DNA of 64,000 bases. Source: an uncultured Alphaproteobacteria bacterium (GTDB lineage: Bacteria; Pseudomonadota; Alphaproteobacteria; RF32; CAG-239). Positions within the stretch are counted from its first letter, which is position 1, and every line of letters starts with the position of its first letter. Below are positions 1-9,256 of this stretch, one piece after another. A model generated the notes under the pieces. It saw nothing but the letters and a program-made list of their open reading frames with translations, was not told where the DNA came from and did not search any database. The translations under genes were made by a program, and so were the position numbers. The stretch is taken from the NCBI GenBank assembly GCA_902464275.1, contig CABQIK010000004.1, positions 18,479 through 82,478 on the forward strand. Direction: 5' to 3'.

Positions 1-688
1 AAAACCGCTGTACGGGCAGGGGTATTTGCCGTTTTCAAGAGATGAAGTTTATTACTTGCAACAAGATGATATTTATTTGTCGGGCACGGCTGAATTGATA
101 TTAAATTCTTTGCGCGCCGATGAAATTTTGCAAGAAAATGAACTGCCGGTTTTATATGCCGGATTTTCACCGTGTTTCCGCCGCGAAGCAGGCGCTGCCG
201 GTAAAGATACCCGCGGTTTGGTGCGTGTTCACCAATTTATGAAAACCGAGCAATTTGTTATTTGTAAAAACGATATTAATGAAAGTGAAAAATGGCACCA
301 AAAGCTGTTGCAAATTTCTGAAGAGGTTTTACAGGATTTGGAACTTCCGTATCAGGTTTTGGAAGTTTGCACCGGCGATATGGGCGCGCCCAAATACCGC
401 CAGTATGATTTGGAAGCATGGGTTCCGAGCCAAAATTGCTATCGCGAAACACATTCTTGCTCAAATATTACCGATTGGCAGGCTCGTCGTACCAACTTGC
501 GCTATCGTGACAATGCGGACGGTAAAGTAAAGTTTGCTCATACTTTGAACAATACCGGTATTGCAACGCCGAGAGCCTTGGTTCCGTTTATAGAAAATCA
601 TCAAAACGCAGACGGCACGGTTAATATTCCGGTAAAATTGCAGCCGTATATGGGCGGTAAAAAAGTTATCGGAAAAAATTGCAAATAG
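1..688 (+). CDS. serS: seryl-tRNA synthetase, C-terminal part (gene is 5'-truncated by the window edge)
   Basis: The translation FRREAGAAGKDTRGLVRVHQFMKTEQFV matches the class II motif 2/3 region of SerS (E. coli [25 protein letters not shown]). The reading frame runs from the window start to the stop at 688. Confidence 0.85.
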   Translation, partial: KPLYGQGYLPFSRDEVYYLQQDDIYLSGTAELILNSLRADEILQENELPVLYAGFSPCFRREAGAAGKDTRGLVRVHQFMKTEQFVICKNDINESEKWHQKLLQISEEVLQDLELPYQVLEVCTGDMGAPKYRQYDLEAWVPSQNCYRETHSCSNITDWQARRTNLRYRDNADGKVKFAHTLNNTGIATPRALVPFIENHQNADGTVNIPVKLQPYMGGKKVIGKNCK

Positions 689-693
689 TACAT

Positions 694-729
694 AAGCGGC
701 GGTTTAGAAAATAAACCGCCGTTTTAATT
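694..729 (+). terminator. intrinsic terminator after serS
   Basis: GC stem gcggcggttt / aaaccgccg followed by a T-run. Confidence 0.6.
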
Positions 730-783
730 TAATAAGCTTGAATTGAGCGCTTAAAATCTTAATTATTACAAAGAGGTTTTAGT

Positions 784-1455
784 TTGATGGAAAAGTTAAA
801 TTTAAAAGAACTTAAAGCAGCGGTTTTTGACTGGGATAATACGTTGGCGGAAAGCCGTACGGCGCTGGTTTTTTGCGTTAATCAGGTATTAAAAGAATAT
901 AATCTGCCGGAATGGGAGATTGTTAAAGCCAAACGAGATAACAATTTGTCGTTCAGAGATAATTTTCCGCGTATTTTTGGTGATAAAGCGGCGGAAGCTT
1001 ATGAAAAATATACGCAAGTTTATTTAAAAAATGTTGCCGGAATGATTAGTACCTTTCCGAAAACCGTTGATGTTTTGCAGTTTTTGAAGTCAAAAGAGGT
1101 AAAGCTGATGGTAATGAGCAATAAAGACCGCAGGTTGCTTAATTATGAATTACCGTTGCTGTTTAACCCTGATTTGTTTGATAATGTGGTATGCGGTCAT
1201 GAGGCGGCAAAAGATAAACCATATGGCGAGCATTTGTTTTGGACGCTGAAAAATATGTTTACGCCGCAGCAAATAAACAGACAAAACGTGTGGGTTATCG
1301 GTGACAGTCCGCAAGACAGTACTTGCGCTGAAAATGCCGGCGCATTGCCGATACGAATCGGCAAATCTATTTGGAATGACGAAACTAAAGATACGTCAGG
1401 GATAGTGTTTTTTGATTCCTTTGTGGATTTTTATAAAACTCTGCTTTTATCTTGA
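784..1455 (+). CDS. HAD-superfamily hydrolase (phosphatase-like)
   Basis: N-terminal FDWDNT (DxDxT) motif; 223 aa; SD agagg upstream. Confidence 0.7.
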   Translation: MMEKLNLKELKAAVFDWDNTLAESRTALVFCVNQVLKEYNLPEWEIVKAKRDNNLSFRDNFPRIFGDKAAEAYEKYTQVYLKNVAGMISTFPKTVDVLQFLKSKEVKLMVMSNKDRRLLNYELPLLFNPDLFDNVVCGHEAAKDKPYGEHLFWTLKNMFTPQQINRQNVWVIGDSPQDSTCAENAGALPIRIGKSIWNDETKDTSGIVFFDSFVDFYKTLLLS

Positions 1456-1488
1456 GCAAAATAGAGTACATTAAAAACAAACAACACT

Positions 1489-2688
1489 TTGATTTTTGAA
1501 AATAAAATGGTTAGGGTTCATCATTACGGCAATTATATAAAACGACTGAACAAAATATTGTTGGCCGCTTTGTTGATTTGTGCGCTTGGTTTTAACGCGA
1601 TTAAGTTTTGTCGTTTGGCGGAAACAAACAACACTTTGATTGTTAATTATCAGTCGCCGATTGATGAATTGCAAGATTTTAGAACACCGTTGCCTTTGGA
1701 GGCGTATTTTTCCGAAAATTATGCCGAAAATAAAGAACTTAAAATGTTGGCGCTTGCTGTTGATGAAAGAGTGTTCGGAAAACAGGCCTTGAAAGCTTTG
1801 CAAAAAAAAGTAAATATGGTTAAAAACGGGCAGGGACTGTTGGTTTTCAGCCGCAGTAACGCCGATTATGCCGACAGATTGGCCAAAGCACTGTCTTTAG
1901 CGGCGCAGAAAATTGAGTATGAAGATTTTTCAGATAAACTTGCGGAGCAAATTATAAAACACGCCGCTCAAAAAAACAAATATGTGTTTTTAATTTTGAG
2001 CGCTGAAGAAGATAACGTTTTGCAAGGAAAGTTACAAACAGCCAAGGCGCTTAATTTGCATCCGCGAGTGTTTAACTTAAACGATAAAATTCCGTTGACA
2101 AATAAAACGGTAAATACCTTTGTTGAAGCAGAAAAACTAAGTCCGGAGCAACAGGAAGAGAATTTAAAACAGTTTGCAGCAGATTATGAACCTCAGTTGG
2201 CGCGTTTTTTGAAGGATGTGCATGCCGGTTATTATGATATGCCGGAATATTCGGCGGCTGATGAGCATTTGTTTGACAGAGGCGTGGCGCAAGTGCTTGC
2301 CATAGATAAAAATAACGACAAATACCAACAATTCGGCGATATTTATGCTGATACGGCTTTAGCGCGCTCGTTGCTTGACGGTTTTATTTTAGCAAAACAT
2401 GAAATGCCGGAAGCTGAATATAAATTTTTTATTTTAACCGGAACCGATAAGAAAAAATATAGCGATGAATGGGATTTTATGGAAGATATTAAAGCCGGTA
2501 AAGACGGAATTATGCTGATAAACGGCAATCGGCAGGCAATGTTTTTGCCTTATTTTTGGAATATTTATCCTGATAAAGAGGCTTTTGTTAAAAATCTTAA
2601 AATCAGCGCCGGTTTAAGCCCTGATTATTGGTCAAAAAAAATTAAAGTTTATTATTTCAGAGCAGTGGAGATAAAATATGAAAATTAA
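1489..2688 (+). CDS. hypothetical signal-anchored/exported protein
   Basis: 399-aa ORF with an N-terminal hydrophobic segment (LLAALLICALGF). Host-like codon usage. Its stop overlaps the start of the next gene. The real start may be the internal Met at about 1507. Confidence 0.5.
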   Translation: MIFENKMVRVHHYGNYIKRLNKILLAALLICALGFNAIKFCRLAETNNTLIVNYQSPIDELQDFRTPLPLEAYFSENYAENKELKMLALAVDERVFGKQALKALQKKVNMVKNGQGLLVFSRSNADYADRLAKALSLAAQKIEYEDFSDKLAEQIIKHAAQKNKYVFLILSAEEDNVLQGKLQTAKALNLHPRVFNLNDKIPLTNKTVNTFVEAEKLSPEQQEENLKQFAADYEPQLARFLKDVHAGYYDMPEYSAADEHLFDRGVAQVLAIDKNNDKYQQFGDIYADTALARSLLDGFILAKHEMPEAEYKFFILTGTDKKKYSDEWDFMEDIKAGKDGIMLINGNRQAMFLPYFWNIYPDKEAFVKNLKISAGLSPDYWSKKIKVYYFRAVEIKYEN

Positions 2689-4396
2689 AGGTTATGAAGT
2701 AAATTTCAGCGAGGAAGAACTTGATAATATTTTAACCGAAAAAACACGCAATATAGAACTTATATCGCGCGAGTTTGAAGGCTATAAAAATTTGCCTGTC
2801 GGCGATAAAAAAGCCATTGATCATTTAATTAAAGCGGCTGACATAATAAACAATGTGGCGCTTGAGCAAGACAACCCTTACAATTTGGAAATTAAACGCG
2901 AGATGGAAAAACTGGCGGTTAATGACGCGTATGTTTCCAAGGTGTTGCAACTGTTTAACTGTTTGAACGGAGTTGCCGGTAATAACGGAATTGATAAAGA
3001 ACCGGTGCGGATTTTTAAAAATCTGCCGCTTTTTAAAGGGAAAAACTTTTATCCGACCGATTTATCGGAAAAAGAATTTCATGAAATTATTTTAAAAATG
3101 GCGGAAAGAGGTAAAATTGAAGAATTAAAAAAGATTTTATCTGCCCGCACTATGGTCAGAAGAAACGGCGATGAATTAAAATCTATAGATTATACCGAAT
3201 ATTTTGCAGAGCAATTTTCTGAGATTGCCAATGAGTTGGAGGTGGCCGCTTATTATTGCACGGAGCCTGAATTTAAGGAGTTTTTAAGTTGGCAGGTTCA
3301 GGCTTTGCTGCAAAACAATCAGGATATGGATATGTTGGCCGACAAGCATTGGGCTTTGTTGCAAAATAATAATTTGGAATTTACGATTTCACGTGAAAAT
3401 TATGAAGATGAAATGACCGGAACAGTGTTCAACAATCCTGATGTGGCTAAAGTTATAAACGATAACAATATTGAAGTTGTGGCTAAAGACACTTTGGGGT
3501 GCAGAGTTGGCTTGGTTAATAAAGAAGGTACGGAAAAAATTTTGAAGTTTAAGCAAACCATACCTTATTTGGCGCAGTGGATGCCGCTTAACAAACAGTA
3601 CAAGCAAAACAGTTTTTCAGCGGAAGACTTAAAGCAAAATATGGTAGATGTTGATTTAATTGCTTTAACCGGCGATTATGCAATGTGCCGCGGCGGTATA
3701 ACTCAAGCGCAAAATTTGCCTAATAATGATAAAATTGCGGTAAAATGCGGCGGGTGGCGGCGTAATGTATATCATCGTCAGGTTTTACTCAGCTATGATG
3801 TTGAAAATGAAAAGAAACTGCTTAATCGCCTGGTTGACCCCGAACTCCACAAGTATGTTGACCACGCGCAGATAATTGTTTTTGATATAGGGCATGAAAA
3901 CGGACATTCGCTCGGTCCGACGGCAGAATATCAAAATTCATTAGGTGTTTTTAAGCATATTATAGATGAGCATAAAGCCAATGTTTTTTCTATTGCTTCA
4001 ATCGCGGAGTTAGCTAAAAAAGAGGCGCGTTTTACTAAAGAAGATTTGAAAAAAATTTATGCTTCATGGGTGGTTGAAACACTGTTTTTAAGAGCGCGGC
4101 CGATTTTTTCGCAACCGCACCGCATGGCCTCATTGATTGAGTTTAACTATTTGTTTGAAAATAAAGTTATTTGGTTTGACAGTAACAAAAAACTGCATAT
4201 AGACTTTGATTTAATAGGTATGGTGGCATACAGACTTTTGGAAGAAACAATCAGAGTGCAGCTGTCTAAATCAGCCGATAACGCTAAGGCTTTTATTAAT
4301 CGTTGGGCGGTTTGGGGCGAGTGGTCGCGCCATATTGCCGATGTTCAGCAAGAGTTGGGCGTAAAGCCTTATATCAAAATTATAACCAATTTTTAA
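2678..4396 (+). CDS. hypothetical protein with HExxH (HENGH) motif, putative Zn-metallopeptidase-like
   Basis: 572-aa ORF; FDIGHENGH zincin-like motif; start overlaps the stop of the upstream ORF (translational coupling); SD ggag. Confidence 0.5.
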   Translation: MKIKGYEVNFSEEELDNILTEKTRNIELISREFEGYKNLPVGDKKAIDHLIKAADIINNVALEQDNPYNLEIKREMEKLAVNDAYVSKVLQLFNCLNGVAGNNGIDKEPVRIFKNLPLFKGKNFYPTDLSEKEFHEIILKMAERGKIEELKKILSARTMVRRNGDELKSIDYTEYFAEQFSEIANELEVAAYYCTEPEFKEFLSWQVQALLQNNQDMDMLADKHWALLQNNNLEFTISRENYEDEMTGTVFNNPDVAKVINDNNIEVVAKDTLGCRVGLVNKEGTEKILKFKQTIPYLAQWMPLNKQYKQNSFSAEDLKQNMVDVDLIALTGDYAMCRGGITQAQNLPNNDKIAVKCGGWRRNVYHRQVLLSYDVENEKKLLNRLVDPELHKYVDHAQIIVFDIGHENGHSLGPTAEYQNSLGVFKHIIDEHKANVFSIASIAELAKKEARFTKEDLKKIYASWVVETLFLRARPIFSQPHRMASLIEFNYLFENKVIWFDSNKKLHIDFDLIGMVAYRLLEETIRVQLSKSADNAKAFINRWAVWGEWSRHIADVQQELGVKPYIKIITNF

Positions 4397-4444
4397 TATT
4401 ATTCAGCTAAAATGGAATTAATATTCGGTTGAGAGGAGAATGAA

Positions 4445-4813
4445 ATGTTTGGAAAATTGATTTACGGACAATTTTCATTGAAAGAAACTTTTTGGAAATA
4501 TGGCGTGTTGGGCATTTTCGGGTGCTCTTTGGTAACCAAAATTTTTAAAATGTTTCTGCTTAAACAGTTAAAAGGCGTTTCGTTAGGCGTTTATTATACG
4601 CGTTATTTTTCACCGCTTAACATGGATAATACCATATTGTTTTTAACCATAAGCTATTTTGTGTGCGCTTTTGCTTTAAGCGTATATTGTATTATGGTTG
4701 TTTTCGGGGTTTGGCGCAGCGCGGCAGAATATGATAAAAGCGTGTGGATGCGCCATATTGCGAAAGTAATGATTTTATTAACGGTTTATGCCGGATTGAT
4801 GTTCGGGTTATAG
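4445..4813 (+). CDS. hypothetical small membrane protein
   Basis: 122 aa, 3 predicted TM helices, SD gagaggaga upstream. Confidence 0.45.
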   Translation: MFGKLIYGQFSLKETFWKYGVLGIFGCSLVTKIFKMFLLKQLKGVSLGVYYTRYFSPLNMDNTILFLTISYFVCAFALSVYCIMVVFGVWRSAAEYDKSVWMRHIAKVMILLTVYAGLMFGL

Positions 4814-4821
4814 GATAAAAC

Positions 4822-4980
4822 ATGAAAAAAGCGTTTTTATTGTTTGTAATTGCCATGTTGGGAGCTTGTGTGGTATCAGGAGATTTTCCGGAAGACCGTA
4901 ATCGTTTGCATGAATTAGGACGCGATGATGTTTACTGCCAAAAAAATCCTGACAAGTGTATAGATGGTATACCGTGGTAA
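4822..4980 (+). CDS. small lipoprotein (52 aa), not in the ORF track
   Basis: MKKAFLLFVIAMLGAC lipobox signal, 4 Cys in the mature part, follows the previous gene after 8 nt. Confidence 0.4.
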   Translation: MKKAFLLFVIAMLGACVVSGDFPEDRNRLHELGRDDVYCQKNPDKCIDGIPW

Positions 4981-5063
4981 ACTGAATAAGCATGGTGCGG
5001 AGTTTGTAAATAATCTGTTGTAAATTTCGGATTAGATGTAAAGATTGCTAAAGGAGATATAAA

Positions 5064-5369
5064 ATGACTGAAAATGCCGATAATATTACCTATGATTTTG
5101 TGGTAAACGATGAAGACGAAGTTATGCTTCTTTTGTATGCCGGCGAAACGGCTCCGGCTGCTGAAACCCGCATTGCTTTAGATGCGGAAAATCACTCGGC
5201 GGAATTATTTCGTAATGAAGATGAAAGCATTGTGCTTGAGGCTATTCCCGATGAAATTTTTGACAGCCTGATTGATGCCGATAAGTTATTGGTGTGCGAG
5301 CTCAGTAATACCGAAAATGAAGATGACAGCCGTATAGTTTATGCTTATGAGGCTGATATTGAAGATTAA
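5064..5369 (+). CDS. hypothetical highly acidic small protein
   Basis: 101 aa, about 35% D/E, strong SD aaaggaga; function unknown. Confidence 0.5.
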   Translation: MTENADNITYDFVVNDEDEVMLLLYAGETAPAAETRIALDAENHSAELFRNEDESIVLEAIPDEIFDSLIDADKLLVCELSNTENEDDSRIVYAYEADIED

Positions 5370-5371
5370 TT

Positions 5372-5402
5372 TAAACCGCCGGAATTTGTTTTCGGCGGTT
5401 TA
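5372..5402. terminator. bidirectional intrinsic terminator
   Basis: aaaccgccgg...ccggcggttt hairpin with A-run before and T-run after, between convergent genes. Confidence 0.6.
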
Positions 5403-5405
5403 TAT

Positions 5406-6254
5406 TTAATCGGCTAAAAATTTTTTAAGCGCGGATAATTGTTTTTGAGCGTCTTCACGCCCCAAATTGTACATAGCTTTAATTATTTCAGGGTTGGTTT
5501 CGGCATGTTTGATGTTAATAAACCGGCTTGGTTGAATTACAAAAATTTTACCTTGTGCCGACAGATTTTTGATATAATCAAGCTCTTGATTATACATGAT
5601 ATGGCGATTTTTAAGAGCCTTAATAAATTCAGGAAATTTACGATATACTATTTTTGCCAACCATAACAATGAAAACGGCTTTTTGCGGTATCCGGCGGGG
5701 CGGGTTTGCACTACTATAATTTTATTGTACCCTAAATTAAGGGCAGCCTGTAAAGGAATGCTGTCGGTAATACCGCCGTCAAGGTATAAATTGCCGTCAA
5801 TATCCACAATTTTGGAAACAAAAGGCATAGAGGCGGAAGCTCGCAAATAATCCATGTATTTTCCGCTCATTTCGGGGCATAAAATATATTCAGCCTTGCC
5901 GGTTGTTACATTGGAGCAGGTTACATAAAATGCGGTTTTTGAATTGCTGAAGGTTTGATTATCAAAAACATCAAGCTTTTCAGGCAGTTCATGATAAGCA
6001 AATTCAGTGTCAACCATGTTGCCGGTTTTAAGCCATGATTTAAGGCTCATAAAACGATAGTCATCGTTGTATTTCAGGTTATAGCGGATACCGCGTCCGG
6101 TTTGACGCGAAACATAACCGCAGCCATGAATCGCTCCGGCCGAAACGCCGATTACGCCATCGGTCATAATGTTGTTTTCAAGCAGAATATCAAGCACTCC
6201 GGCGGTATAAATGCCGCGTTTGGCGCCGCCTTCAAGAACTAAACAAGTTTTCAT
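5406..6254 (-). CDS. patatin-like phospholipase
   Basis: GGAKRG (GxGxxG) and GVSAG (GxSxG) motifs; 282 aa; its ATG overlaps the stop of the upstream CDF gene (ATGA). Confidence 0.8.
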   Translation of the reverse strand: MKTCLVLEGGAKRGIYTAGVLDILLENNIMTDGVIGVSAGAIHGCGYVSRQTGRGIRYNLKYNDDYRFMSLKSWLKTGNMVDTEFAYHELPEKLDVFDNQTFSNSKTAFYVTCSNVTTGKAEYILCPEMSGKYMDYLRASASMPFVSKIVDIDGNLYLDGGITDSIPLQAALNLGYNKIIVVQTRPAGYRKKPFSLLWLAKIVYRKFPEFIKALKNRHIMYNQELDYIKNLSAQGKIFVIQPSRFINIKHAETNPEIIKAMYNLGREDAQKQLSALKKFLAD

Positions 6255-6907
6255 TATTTTTCCTCAACGGTTTGCGGGTTGCCGACTAAAATATTAAATG
6301 ACGATTTTATTAATCCGGCTGACCATTTTAAGATAATTAAGCCGCCGACAAGCCCCATGAGCGGGTCAAAAAATACCAAACCGAAATATTTGCCGAGCAA
6401 AAGGGCAATAATGGCAGTTACGGAAGTTAAGGCATCGGCTAAAATATGCAAATAAGCGGCCTTAAAGTTTAAGTTTTCTTTGTGGTGGTGATGCTCGCAA
6501 ATTTCAGCGCCGTGATGATGATGTTCCGACATGATAAGGATACAAACTATATTAACCAACAAGCCGATAACGGTTACCAAAATAGCCTCATTAAATGAAA
6601 TTTTGGCAGGGTGGATAAAGCGGTCAACAGATTCAAAAATTATGCCGAAAGATGTTAATCCTAAAAATAAGGCGCTGGTATAGCCTCCGAGGGCGTTTAA
6701 CACGTCTTCTTTGTTTTTGTAACGGTTGATTACGGCGCAAACCATAAAGGTGATAAATAAGGCTAAAGCATGGGTTCCCATGTGAAAGCCGTCGGCGGTT
6801 AAGGCCATTGATTTGGTTAAAATGCCAAAGCTGATTTCAGCCGCCATGGTAATTAAGGTAACAATAATTACCAACAAAGTTTTGTTTTTTAATTTTTCAT
6901 TATCCAT
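6254..6907 (-). CDS. cation diffusion facilitator (CDF) family transporter, short form without a C-terminal cytoplasmic domain
   Basis: 6 TM helices and His-rich loops (HHHHGAEICEHHHH), with the typical CDF TM-domain pattern. Only 217 aa, and it ends immediately before the next gene. Confidence 0.65.
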   Translation of the reverse strand: MDNEKLKNKTLLVIIVTLITMAAEISFGILTKSMALTADGFHMGTHALALFITFMVCAVINRYKNKEDVLNALGGYTSALFLGLTSFGIIFESVDRFIHPAKISFNEAILVTVIGLLVNIVCILIMSEHHHHGAEICEHHHHKENLNFKAAYLHILADALTSVTAIIALLLGKYFGLVFFDPLMGLVGGLIILKWSAGLIKSSFNILVGNPQTVEEK

Positions 6908-6917
6908 GATTTTCGTC

Positions 6918-7196
6918 CTATTTTATTTTATCCAAATGTTCAACCAAGTCATCAATCAGGGTTTGCGAATCTTTGTTGTTTTTAAGCGCGTCTTTGATGC
7001 AGTTTTGCAAATGGCCGCGCACAACCTCTTTCCAAACGCCTTTTAAGGCTGATTGCGTGGAGGTGATTTGGTTTAAAATTTCCATACAGTCGCGATTTTC
7101 GGCAACCATTTTATTAATGCCGCGAACCTGTCCTTCAATACGGTTAAGGCGGGCGGTTAATTGTTTTTTATCATCTTCAGTGTAGCAAAAAGACAT
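6918..7196 (-). CDS. CsoR/RcnR/FrmR-family metal-sensing transcriptional repressor
   Basis: 92 aa with RLNRIEGQVRGI, the C-x-H-x-C pattern (RDCMEIL...GHLQNC), and the helical-bundle length typical of DUF156. Confidence 0.8.
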   Translation of the reverse strand: MSFCYTEDDKKQLTARLNRIEGQVRGINKMVAENRDCMEILNQITSTQSALKGVWKEVVRGHLQNCIKDALKNNKDSQTLIDDLVEHLDKIK

Positions 7197-7208
7197 ATTT
7201 AATCCTCA

Positions 7209-7240
7209 ATATAGTATATACCCCTATACCCTATCTATAT
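7209..7240. promoter_or_regulatory. candidate rcnR/csoR-type operator (AT-rich inverted repeat flanking C/G tracts)
   Basis: atatagtatataCCCCtataCCCtatctatat lies 13-44 nt upstream of the repressor start. It resembles RcnR TACT-G6-N-AGTA type sites. Confidence 0.35.
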
Positions 7241-7264
7241 GACGAATAAATATGATTGTCAAGC

Positions 7265-8359
7265 CTAAATTTTGTGTTTAAATACGGTTTTGGCCAAAAG
7301 CACAGCGCAAAAGCCGCTGATAATGCTGAGTAAAGCGCCCATTTTGGCGGCGTCTTGCAAGGATGTGTCGGTATAAGCAATATCGGCAATAAATAAAGAT
7401 ACGGTCAGCCCGATGCTTGCGGTTAAACCGATTAAAATTATATCGGCATTGTTAATTCTTTTGTCGGTTGTAAAGCCTGCTAAGGCGCCGATTTTGATAA
7501 ATAAGGCAATGCCGGCTGTTTTGCCGATAATCAGAGAGCTTAAAATAATAACCGTCAGGGCTGAGATGTTGCCAAAGGCAATACCGGCGTTGGCAAGGCC
7601 GAAAAAGAACAATCCGAAGGTTACTATCGGTTTTAGATGCTGTTCAAGTTTGTGAAGAGGTTGAGCGGGAATAAACGGAATAATCCATACCAGAGCTAAT
7701 GAAGCGTGCAGGTTGGCCGTGTATAATCCTAACCACGAAATAAGCGCAGGGAGCAGATACGGCAAGTATGTTTTGGTTTTAGTTTTGTGCAAATACATGG
7801 CGGCGAGCATGGCAAGAGCAATCAGAATCAGGCAAGCCGGCTGAAAAGGTTTATCGGCGTCAGGGTAAAAAAGAGCAATAATACCAAGGCCGATAAAGTC
7901 ATCAATAATGGCTAAAAACAGTAAAAAAGCCAGAGCCGGATGCTTTTTAGGAAAAATTAATTTGGCAAACAGCAGGGCAATGGCAATATCGGTAGCGGTG
8001 CCGACAGCCCACCCGGAAGCATATTCGGTATGGCCGAAAACAGCGTTCAGTCCGTAAAAAATCAGAATCGGCATCAGCACACCGCCCCAGGCGGCAAATA
8101 TGTTCACTAAGGCCTTTTTTACAGGGAATAAAGCGCCTCCGGCGGAAAACTCGTGCATAATTTCAATGGTGACGGAGCCGAAAAACAATACTAAAAAAAT
8201 ATCGTTTACCAAAAAATGAAAATTTATTTCAGCAAAAATGTGATGGTGTACCAAATTGTGATATGAAGAATAATCGGCATTTGCCCACAGCAAAGCAATA
8301 ATAACGCCGCTTATGAGCGGCAAAGACCATTCTTCGGCTAATTGCACAAACTTGTTCAT
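7265..8359 (-). CDS. nhaA: Na+/H+ antiporter NhaA
   Basis: 364 aa, about 11-12 TM helices, NhaA-like sequence (…WGGVLMPILIF…DD motif region). Confidence 0.8.
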   Translation of the reverse strand: MNKFVQLAEEWSLPLISGVIIALLWANADYSSYHNLVHHHIFAEINFHFLVNDIFLVLFFGSVTIEIMHEFSAGGALFPVKKALVNIFAAWGGVLMPILIFYGLNAVFGHTEYASGWAVGTATDIAIALLFAKLIFPKKHPALAFLLFLAIIDDFIGLGIIALFYPDADKPFQPACLILIALAMLAAMYLHKTKTKTYLPYLLPALISWLGLYTANLHASLALVWIIPFIPAQPLHKLEQHLKPIVTFGLFFFGLANAGIAFGNISALTVIILSSLIIGKTAGIALFIKIGALAGFTTDKRINNADIILIGLTASIGLTVSLFIADIAYTDTSLQDAAKMGALLSIISGFCAVLLAKTVFKHKI

Positions 8360-8433
8360 AACTTCTCCGTTGTTGCCAACACATAATAATCAGTAAATTT
8401 AACTTTACAAGTAAAAGCGGATAAAAAAGAATT

Positions 8434-8895
8434 TTAATTTGTCAAGTTGCTTTTTAAGGTTTCAAGTTTTTCAATTTTAGCTTTGGTTTTGGTTATGTAA
8501 TTATTGGCGCTGTTAAATTGTTCGGTTGCGTCTTTGCAGCCTTCAGAGCCGTAAGCGGTGAGGCCGCTTTCCGAGCATTTTAAGTTTTTGTCTTTGGCTA
8601 ACTGTTTAATGGAATCTTTTTTAATTTGATAATTGTTTTTAAGCTCAGGTAATTCAGTGTTTATATATTTAAGCAGATTATCTTTGGCTTCTTGGCATTT
8701 TACGGTTCCGGTTTTGGCCATTTGCTCGGCTGAGCAGGCTTCATCCATTTTTTTGGTTAATTCTACATCTTTGTCATCGGCAAAACAAAAATATGCGATT
8801 GCCAAAACAATAAGAACAACAGTTAAGCACCCGTTGTTTTCTTGCGCTACTTCTGAAATTTTTCCGGTTGCAGTATCTATTTCAATTTTGGACAT
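8434..8895 (-). CDS. hypothetical membrane-anchored coiled-coil protein
   Basis: 153 aa, one N-proximal TM (LTVVLIVLAIAYFCF), Lys/Glu-rich helical remainder. Confidence 0.45.
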   Translation of the reverse strand: MSKIEIDTATGKISEVAQENNGCLTVVLIVLAIAYFCFADDKDVELTKKMDEACSAEQMAKTGTVKCQEAKDNLLKYINTELPELKNNYQIKKDSIKQLAKDKNLKCSESGLTAYGSEGCKDATEQFNSANNYITKTKAKIEKLETLKSNLTN

Positions 8896-9041
8896 TTTAT
8901 ACCCTTTGATTACCTTGGTTAAAAACGTTGTTACTATAAAAAACTAATTTTGAAAATTCAATAAAAAATTTGCTTGACCTTGAGTTTACTCTAAGTGCTA
9001 CACTAAAAACAAATCGGTAAAATTTTTACCAGGAGGTAAAA

Positions 9042-9062
9042 ATGAAAGTTTTTTTATTATAA
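9042..9062 (+). promoter_or_regulatory. candidate leader peptide ORF (MKVFLL) with consensus SD in the macAB 5' region
   Basis: aggagg sits 5 nt upstream of the ATG. The 6-codon ORF is flanked by the motifs ggtaaaatttttacc, ggtaaaaa and tttttacc, which could form alternative pairings. Confidence 0.25.
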
Positions 9063-9256
9063 ATTTGATTGGCTTAATGCTTGTTTTATATTAAATGCCG
9101 TGCTCTTATATTATGACCGCGCACTGTTTTTACCGCTGTCCTTGTCTTATACACCGGTAGCAGACACAATTTATAATCGGAACGATTTTATTTTCAGTTT
9201 TGTGAACCTTTTCTTAAATAAAATCGTTATTAATAATTGTGAACGGAGTTTACAAT

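Noticed and set aside
255-530. Internal and antisense ORFs inside serS (255-530 plus strand, 276-464 minus strand)
   Set aside because: They lie entirely within the serS reading frame region and have odd composition; shadow ORFs.
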